A stretch of DNA of 64,000 nt from Nitrososphaeria archaeon (GTDB taxonomy: Archaea; Thermoproteota; Nitrososphaeria; JACIWG01): positions 64,001 through 128,000 of the forward strand of contig JBEKIG010000003.1 in assembly GCA_050011875.1 (NCBI GenBank). Direction: 5' to 3'. The notes under the pieces are model-generated. The model was not told the origin of the DNA. It ran no database searches and saw only the letters and a list, made by a program, of their open reading frames with translations. A program made the position numbers and the translations under genes. The number at the start of each line of letters is the position of its first letter. Within the stretch, counting starts at the first letter, position 1. Below are positions 58,066 to 64,000 of this stretch, piece by piece.

Positions 58066-59271
58066 ATGGAACTTGAAGAAGACATTGAAAAGATCAAGGA
58101 AGATCAAGAAAGGGTGGGTTTTGGCCCACAGATTAACGGAAAGAGCACGTTGGAGGGAAGAAAAATTACTATTTTGGATAGCACGCTCAGGGAAGGGGAA
58201 CAGTTTCCAGGATGCTCTTTCACAAACAGTGAGAGAATACAGATAGCGTGGACTCTAGATTTCCTCGGCGTAGATGCGATAGAAATAAGTCCGGTAATAT
58301 CACGGCAGCACATGGAAGCATGTAAGAAGATCGTTAAAGCAGGGCTTAAGGCAACCATCGTAGCACATGGAAGAGCCCTGAAGAAGGACATAGATCAAGT
58401 GCTTGAATGTGATGCGGCATTCATGGCGATGTATCACTCCGTCTCCGACATACATCTGAAATACAAACTGCGAATCACCAGGGAGGAAGCGTTATCGAGA
58501 ACATTAGAAGCTGTGGATTACGCTAAGGCGCATGGGCTCAGAATTAGAGTTACCCTAGAGGACGCTAGTAGGGCGGACCCGAGCTATATGGTAGCATTTG
58601 TGAAAGAACTGGAAAAAGCGCATGCCGATAGAATAAGTATACCGGATACGGTAGGAATTATGACACCAACGGGTATGTATAATTTGGTTAAAACCATCAA
58701 AAAAAGTGTTAACGTCCCACTTGACGTCCACTGCCACAATGATATGGGTCTGGCGCTGGCGAACTCTGTTGCAGGACTCGAAGCTGGAGCGGAGCAGATA
58801 CATGTAACAGCAAATGGGTTGGGTGAAAGAGTTGGGATAGCCGATCTTTCTCAGGCATCAACTGTTTTAAAGCTTCTGTACGGTGCAGAAATAAAGATAA
58901 GATTCAATATGCTTTTCGACCTAGCAAAACTAATCGAGGAGTACACGAGCATACCTGTACCCACTTCGGCGCCTTTGGTAGGGGCAAACGCCTACAAACA
59001 TAAAGCAGGGACACACATAGCCGCTGTATTAAGAAATCCCAAGACTTACGAACTGATTCCACCTAAAGTAGTAGGAAACAAAAGAAGGCTTGTCTTTGGC
59101 GGACTTCTTGGAAAGAACGGGGCAGAATTTTTGCTTAAGATGTTCGGTATAGAAGCGCCTGGCGAAAGTGGAAAGCTTGTATCAGGGCTAAAGGATCTTG
59201 GAATAGATCTGTTCGAACTCGAACTTACTGAAGAAATGGAAGAGTTACTGAAGCGTGGGGAGGAGCCCTAA
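58066..59271 (+). CDS. Homocitrate synthase (LeuA/HCS family, no regulatory domain)
   Basis: DSTLREGEQ, EDASR, DTVG, HCHNDMG, GLGERVG, HKAGTH. Context between lysM and lysX. Confidence 0.85.
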   Translation: MELEEDIEKIKEDQERVGFGPQINGKSTLEGRKITILDSTLREGEQFPGCSFTNSERIQIAWTLDFLGVDAIEISPVISRQHMEACKKIVKAGLKATIVAHGRALKKDIDQVLECDAAFMAMYHSVSDIHLKYKLRITREEALSRTLEAVDYAKAHGLRIRVTLEDASRADPSYMVAFVKELEKAHADRISIPDTVGIMTPTGMYNLVKTIKKSVNVPLDVHCHNDMGLALANSVAGLEAGAEQIHVTANGLGERVGIADLSQASTVLKLLYGAEIKIRFNMLFDLAKLIEEYTSIPVPTSAPLVGANAYKHKAGTHIAAVLRNPKTYELIPPKVVGNKRRLVFGGLLGKNGAEFLLKMFGIEAPGESGKLVSGLKDLGIDLFELELTEEMEELLKRGEEP

Positions 59272-59286
59272 ATAGGATATAAGGAT

Positions 59287-60150
59287 GTGAAGGCATTGTC
59301 CAAGATTTCTTTACTTTACGACGTCATAAGATGGGAGGAGAAGGCGTTGTACGAGGCAGGAAAGAAGCTCGGCGCAGAAATAGACATGATAGACATTAAG
59401 GAAGAGCTATTCGACATCTCGAAGCCGCTGGACAAAAAAATCGGCGACATCGTTCTCCAAAGAAGCGTCAGCTACTACAGGAATCTACATACGACGGCCT
59501 TCTTCGAATACAAGGGGAAAAGGGTCGTCAACTCTCTAAGCACGGCCACAATAACTGGAAATAAGATGTTCACCACTCTAGTGCTCCAGAGAAACAGGAT
59601 ACCAACTCCTAGAACAGTTGTGGCACTAACATCTGAAGCAGCTATGAAAGCTTTCAGAGAAGAATTTGGAGGAAAAGCTGTGCTTAAACCTGTGAGCGGT
59701 AGCTGGGGAAGGCTTATCGCACTTTTAAATGACGAGCCGGCAGCCCAAGCAGTATTTGAAGATAGAGATTATATGTATCCAATGTATCAGCTATACTATC
59801 TGCAGGAGTATGTCAAAAGGCCCCCCAGAGACCTAAGAATATTTGTAGTAGGAGAAGAGGTTATAGCGGGAATATACAGATATCAACCGGAAAGCGACTG
59901 GAGGACAAACACGGCTAGAGGAGGAAAGGCAGTCAAATGCGACATAACACCAGAAATTAGCGAATTAGCGATCAAGTCAGCCGAAGCCGTTGGGGGAGGA
60001 ATATTCGGTGTCGACATGATGGAGTCACCGGATGGTCTAATAGTCCATGAAGTCAATAACACGACCGAATTCAAGAACACAGTTCCGGCGACAGGAATAG
60101 ATATCCCCGGTTCAATTATAAAATACATGGTCAAAGAGGCTAGGGGATAG
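59287..60150 (+). CDS. lysX: Alpha-aminoadipate--LysW ligase
   Basis: RWEEK, RSVSYYR, GSWGRL, WRTNTARGG, EVNNTTEFKN (LysX-like signature). Confidence 0.88.
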   Translation: MKALSKISLLYDVIRWEEKALYEAGKKLGAEIDMIDIKEELFDISKPLDKKIGDIVLQRSVSYYRNLHTTAFFEYKGKRVVNSLSTATITGNKMFTTLVLQRNRIPTPRTVVALTSEAAMKAFREEFGGKAVLKPVSGSWGRLIALLNDEPAAQAVFEDRDYMYPMYQLYYLQEYVKRPPRDLRIFVVGEEVIAGIYRYQPESDWRTNTARGGKAVKCDITPEISELAIKSAEAVGGGIFGVDMMESPDGLIVHEVNNTTEFKNTVPATGIDIPGSIIKYMVKEARG

Positions 60151-60156
60151 CAGCAA

Positions 60157-61248
60157 ATGGACTACGTGGACCTCCTTTACGAGCTTGTTTCAATCTATTC
60201 TCCAAGCGGATGTGAATCGACGCTAGCGGACCGGATACGCGTATGGTTAACATCGGACCTGTCAGCAGACAGCTCTTACATAGATGCGGCTGGAAATGTC
60301 ATAGGAATATATGAGGGAACCGAGCCTTCGATACTTCTCTGTGGACACCTAGACACTGTTGTAGGAGAGCTGCCCACGCAGCGTAATGAGCAGTTTATAA
60401 GTGGAAGAGGAGCGGTTGACGCTAAATCACCTATGGCAGCCTTTCTGTGCGCAGCTCATGAGTTAAAGGAGGGGTCTTTTCGGAACAAAATCATCGTAGC
60501 TGGGGTCGTGGGAGAGGAGGACACCGGCAATGGCATTAAAGAGCTCATCAGAGGAGGGTGTAGGCCATCATACGTGGTCTTTGGAGAACCCTGTTCGCTA
60601 ACGAACATCGTTATAGGATACAGGGGAGGTTTACGTCTAAGCCTTAGTTTTGAGACTTCAAGTTATCACTCTAGTTCACCGTGGCTTGGTAAAAGTGCCG
60701 TGGATGCCGCGATAGAGCTATGGACATCAATAAAAAGATATAATGACGAAGCACAGAAAAAGGAAAAAAAATTTGGCACCATCAGCGCCTGTCTCACGAA
60801 GATATCGGGAGGGGAGTCCCACAACATGTCCCCATCGTCATGTAAAATGACGGTTGACGTAAGATTTCCACCTTCTGTCGAAAGTGAGGAGGTCGTCGAA
60901 AAAATAAAAGTAGAAGCCGAACACATATGTGAAGAGAAAATAGGTTTCAGAATGGAGGTCGAAGACTTCACACCAGCGTATACGGCACCTGTCAACAGCC
61001 AATTGGTTAAAGCATTCAAAGCTTCGATATTAAAGGTCAAGGGCAAAAACGCCATGCTTGTCAGGAAAACTGGCTCAGGCGACATGAACATTTACGGTAA
61101 AGAAGTTGGAGTACCATCAATAACATATGGTCCAGGTAATTCGAAACTCTCACATACACCTTACGAGAGGGTGGAAATCAGAGAATATTTGGACAGCATA
61201 GAAGTTCTAAAAGAAGCTATAATTAACGTGTGCGGAGAAAATAAATAG
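60157..61248 (+). CDS. lysK: [LysW]-lysine/ornithine hydrolase (M20)
   Basis: GHLDTV, GRGAVDAK, EE, GEP, KTGSGDMN, YGPG....HT..E. Confidence 0.9.
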   Translation: MDYVDLLYELVSIYSPSGCESTLADRIRVWLTSDLSADSSYIDAAGNVIGIYEGTEPSILLCGHLDTVVGELPTQRNEQFISGRGAVDAKSPMAAFLCAAHELKEGSFRNKIIVAGVVGEEDTGNGIKELIRGGCRPSYVVFGEPCSLTNIVIGYRGGLRLSLSFETSSYHSSSPWLGKSAVDAAIELWTSIKRYNDEAQKKEKKFGTISACLTKISGGESHNMSPSSCKMTVDVRFPPSVESEEVVEKIKVEAEHICEEKIGFRMEVEDFTPAYTAPVNSQLVKAFKASILKVKGKNAMLVRKTGSGDMNIYGKEVGVPSITYGPGNSKLSHTPYERVEIREYLDSIEVLKEAIINVCGENK

Positions 61249-61411
61249 CCGTATCTGAAGCACATTGAAGCAACAATTGTTCTAAAAAGTTTATAACTCG
61301 TTTAGATTCTTAGACACCTGTATGAGTTCATCGCCTATCGGGAAGGAGCGTAAAGGTAATATATTCAATAAACATTTATTTGCTGTTAAAAAGCAATTAT
61401 TGTGATTTAAA

Positions 61412-62359
61412 TTGAATACAACGCTCGGTATAGATTTAGGTGGAACAAACGTTAGAGTCGCAATTGGCGTTAAGGACGGAAGAATTCTTGCAAAAGTTGT
61501 GAGGAAAACTGTGCGCGAGGGAGACGAGTACGCCATAAGCAGACAGATTATAGAAATGATCAAAGAACTACCCAAGCAACTATTAGATAATCTTGTAAAT
61601 GTGAACATCGGTACAGTGGGACCTCTTGACCAGAAACTTGGCTCAATTTCGCCACCGAATCTACCCTTCAAGCGATCCTACCTTGTAGAGCCAATAGCTA
61701 GAGAACTGAATCTACCTATTAGAATGTACAACGACTGCGTAGTAGCCGTAATCGGTGAAAAATTCTTTGGCCAAGGCAGGGGAGTCGATAACGTAGTTTA
61801 CGTCACGATAAGTAGTGGCATAGGTGGTGGAGTTTTTGCCAATGGCCACCTTCTCCTGGGTAAGGAGGGAAACGCTCACGAAATCGGGCACTTTACAATA
61901 GATCCAGAAGGTAGACTTACTTGCGGGTGTGGGAAGAGAGGGCATTGGGAAGCCTACTGCTCCGGCAGTAATATCACAAATTATGTGCGTCTAGTGGCTA
62001 GCACCTTCAAAGAAGATACGTTAAAGCAGAGTAGCCTTTATCAGAAATTAGACTCCTTGACAAGCAAAGACTTCTTTGACGCAGCAAAATCAGGTGATAG
62101 GTTCGCTTTATCCGTCTTAGAAAACGTGAGTAAATTCAACGCAATAGGATTCGCTAACGTAATAAACGCATACGACCCCGAGGTTATCGTCGTAGGAGGC
62201 TCTGTGGCATTAAATAATAAGGAACTCTTATTTGAACCGATAGAAAAAAAACTTGGCGATTACATGGTCAACCGGCTCCCCGAAATAAAGTTCACATCCT
62301 TGGGAGATGACGTTGGACTTTATGGAGCGATTGCAGCAGGATTCTACCTAGAAAAATGA
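61412..62359 (+). CDS. ROK-family sugar kinase (glucokinase-like)
   Basis: GIDLGGTN, NDC, SSGIGGG, EIGH, CGCGKRGHWEAYCSG. Confidence 0.92.
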   Translation: MNTTLGIDLGGTNVRVAIGVKDGRILAKVVRKTVREGDEYAISRQIIEMIKELPKQLLDNLVNVNIGTVGPLDQKLGSISPPNLPFKRSYLVEPIARELNLPIRMYNDCVVAVIGEKFFGQGRGVDNVVYVTISSGIGGGVFANGHLLLGKEGNAHEIGHFTIDPEGRLTCGCGKRGHWEAYCSGSNITNYVRLVASTFKEDTLKQSSLYQKLDSLTSKDFFDAAKSGDRFALSVLENVSKFNAIGFANVINAYDPEVIVVGGSVALNNKELLFEPIEKKLGDYMVNRLPEIKFTSLGDDVGLYGAIAAGFYLEK

Positions 62360-62394
62360 TTCCACGCTAAACAGCTGTGCAAGTGTTAAAACTT

Positions 62395-62874
62395 CTATGG
62401 TTCCCTATCCAAATATAATGAAATCTTAGAGAACCATTCGGGGACTTTGATATATTGAATCCTCCTGTAAGGAGTATAGGGTTTGATGTCTATAACAGGG
62501 GTGCCATCGTAAACATCTAAACCACTGACTTTAATGAATCGGCCGTCAAATTCGAGTGTTTTGACGATGCTTACACCCACAGGATTGGGTCTTTTCGGAG
62601 AATCGCTTGCGAAGACCCCGACCTCAGGAAGGATATCGGGTGGTAAACCGGCTTGTTGAAGATGACGGAATCTAATCTTGAGCGTACGTCCGGCCTCAAC
62701 GCTAACTCTATCAAGAAAGGTAATCAGAATAAGATGTGGAAACCCTTCAATGGAATTCAGCCCTTCCCGGAAATCTTGGAACACTTCTATCCTGCCCACC
62801 ACCGAACCTGATTTGGACAAATCTTCATCCTTAACGTCTGTGTGAACAACTCCAATAGGTGTTAAATCGAACAT
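62395..62874 (-). CDS. tsaA: TrmO/TsaA (YaeB-like) SAM-binding tRNA methyltransferase
   Basis: PIGVVH, GL..IEGF.HL, GVFAS.SP.RPNP.G.S, GLD..DGTPVIDIKPY. Confidence 0.88.
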   Translation of the reverse strand: MFDLTPIGVVHTDVKDEDLSKSGSVVGRIEVFQDFREGLNSIEGFPHLILITFLDRVSVEAGRTLKIRFRHLQQAGLPPDILPEVGVFASDSPKRPNPVGVSIVKTLEFDGRFIKVSGLDVYDGTPVIDIKPYTPYRRIQYIKVPEWFSKISLYLDREP

Positions 62875-63036
62875 GTTGTTATAACCTTAGGCGGCGTTCT
62901 TTAAATCTTTTAGTTATCTGAAATAACGGGAACCAGATGACTTCAATCTGATGAAACTGTATTTTACTATCAAGCTATGTTTGAATTTCAAGAAAAAATC
63001 GTTGGACGAAATAAACGATAGGAAGCAGGTTGGAAT

Positions 63037-63342
63037 CTACAGCCGACCATCTTTCCGCATCCTTTCAAACAGCGCATCAACGTCTTTGCATCTTAATATC
63101 AGAACAGTTTTCCCTGATATACCTAAGCTTGAAACCGTCTCTGAGTCTTCTAGTTTTTGCTTCTTTAACTCTAAAAAATAGAGGTCATCATATGGCAAGT
63201 TGAGGTGTTTTAGAACAGCTTCCTTTATCTTGCTAACTGTTGTAACGGAGTCGACATCCACTTTAACAATGTCTCGTGAAAAGACTGGCTTTTTTGAAGA
63301 ATAGGAATTGGAATAGTCCACAGAAATTGTTAAGCCTGACAT
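63037..63342 (-). CDS. Ubiquitin-like (beta-grasp) protein without terminal GG
   Basis: IVKVDVDSVTTVSKIKEAV...LP...KLEDSETVSSLGI...VLILR aligns by eye to ubiquitin TITLEVEPSDTIENVKAKI...IP...QLEDGRTLSDYNI...LHLV. Confidence 0.65.
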   Translation of the reverse strand: MSGLTISVDYSNSYSSKKPVFSRDIVKVDVDSVTTVSKIKEAVLKHLNLPYDDLYFLELKKQKLEDSETVSSLGISGKTVLILRCKDVDALFERMRKDGRL

Positions 63343-63348
63343 GCTAAT

Positions 63349-63999
63349 CTAAAATGAGTAGCCTGTCTTTCTTGTAATTTCTTCCAACCTTTTTATCCTT
63401 TTTTCAGTTGTTGGGTGTGTACTGAAAAGTTCGAGCATTGAACTGCCCCTGAACGGGTTTGCGATCCATAAAGATGCAGTTGAAGGCGAAGTTTTTAGAG
63501 TAGCGCCGCGGCGTATCATCCCCTCTATCTTTGACAACGCACTTATCAGAGAAAGAGGTTTCTTGGTTAGAATCGCACTCGCCTCATCAGCATAATACTC
63601 TCTGTTTCTGGATATTGCTAACCGAACAAATGACGCAGCTAAAGGTGCTACTATCACCGCCCCAAGAGCAGTCGCGCCACTCCCTTTTCTACCGCCGCCT
63701 CCCGAAAGCATTAACATCATGATAATCATGCCGATATACGAGATGGCTGTCGCAATAGATGCGGCGACTGTTGCAACCAGCATATCTTTGTGAACAACGT
63801 GCCCTATTTCATGGCCTAACACTGCCTCGACTTCGCTGTCATTCATGATATTTAACAGACCAGTTGTCGCGGCCACTATTGCATGGTCCTTATTTCTTCC
63901 GGTTGCAAAAGCATTGGGTTGCGGGCTATCAACTATAGCAATTTTAGGTTTTGGTATTTTAGCTTCATATGCTAACTTGGCAACTATCGCGTGAAGTCT
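63349..63999 (-). CDS. htpX: HtpX M48 zinc metalloprotease (5' part outside the window)
   Basis: The frame is open to the window edge: PQPNAFATGRNK..AIVAATTG, HEIGH, AISRNREYYAD, FSTHP...RI. Confidence 0.95.
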   Translation of the reverse strand, partial: RLHAIVAKLAYEAKIPKPKIAIVDSPQPNAFATGRNKDHAIVAATTGLLNIMNDSEVEAVLGHEIGHVVHKDMLVATVAASIATAISYIGMIIMMLMLSGGGGRKGSGATALGAVIVAPLAASFVRLAISRNREYYADEASAILTKKPLSLISALSKIEGMIRRGATLKTSPSTASLWIANPFRGSSMLELFSTHPTTEKRIKRLEEITRKTGYSF

Positions 64000-64000
64000 G

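Noticed and set aside
1-64000. tRNA, rRNA, CRISPR arrays, integrases and the many short antisense ORFs in the track
   Set aside because: No T-loop/cloverleaf, repeat-spacer pattern or recombinase motif seen by eye. The antisense ORFs lie opposite well-supported genes.

Overview
Gene-dense fragment of an archaeal chromosome, most likely TACK/Thermoproteota (inferred from BRE/TATA promoters, LysW-dependent Arg/Lys biosynthesis, a PolB1-type polymerase and archaeal-type Asd). It holds threonine biosynthesis (ask, asd, thrC, thrB), an orphan PAS/GAF histidine kinase, glycosylation and hexosamine genes (GlmU-type, GT39/PMT, DPM synthase, GT2, glmS plus regulator), a very long transaldolase-fold protein, a corrinoid methyl-transfer cluster (UROD/MT2-fold protein, RACo activator, ThyA-like, mtaB, mtaC), a catabolic block (second UROD-fold protein, cupin, LarA-like, Dpp/Opp ABC transporter, amidohydrolase, glycerate-kinase-like), the argGH-lysW-argX-lysYZJ-lysM-hcs-lysX-lysK cluster, a ROK kinase, TrmO and a partial htpX. 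I saw no tRNA, rRNA, CRISPR array or intact transposase. The most notable observations are: (1) a thymidylate-synthase-like gene embedded in a methanol:corrinoid methyltransferase cluster with no canonical MT2, a candidate methylcorrinoid-fed dTMP route; (2) a PolB1-like polymerase with the proofreading exonuclease cleanly deleted; (3) a ubiquitin-like beta-grasp protein directly behind htpX; (4) a giant transaldolase-fold enzyme with a non-canonical active site. Features missed by the ORF track include lysW, a probable CTG start for dppB, two clear pseudogenes and an orphan IS200/IS605-type end. All family calls come from motif recognition by eye, not from database searches.
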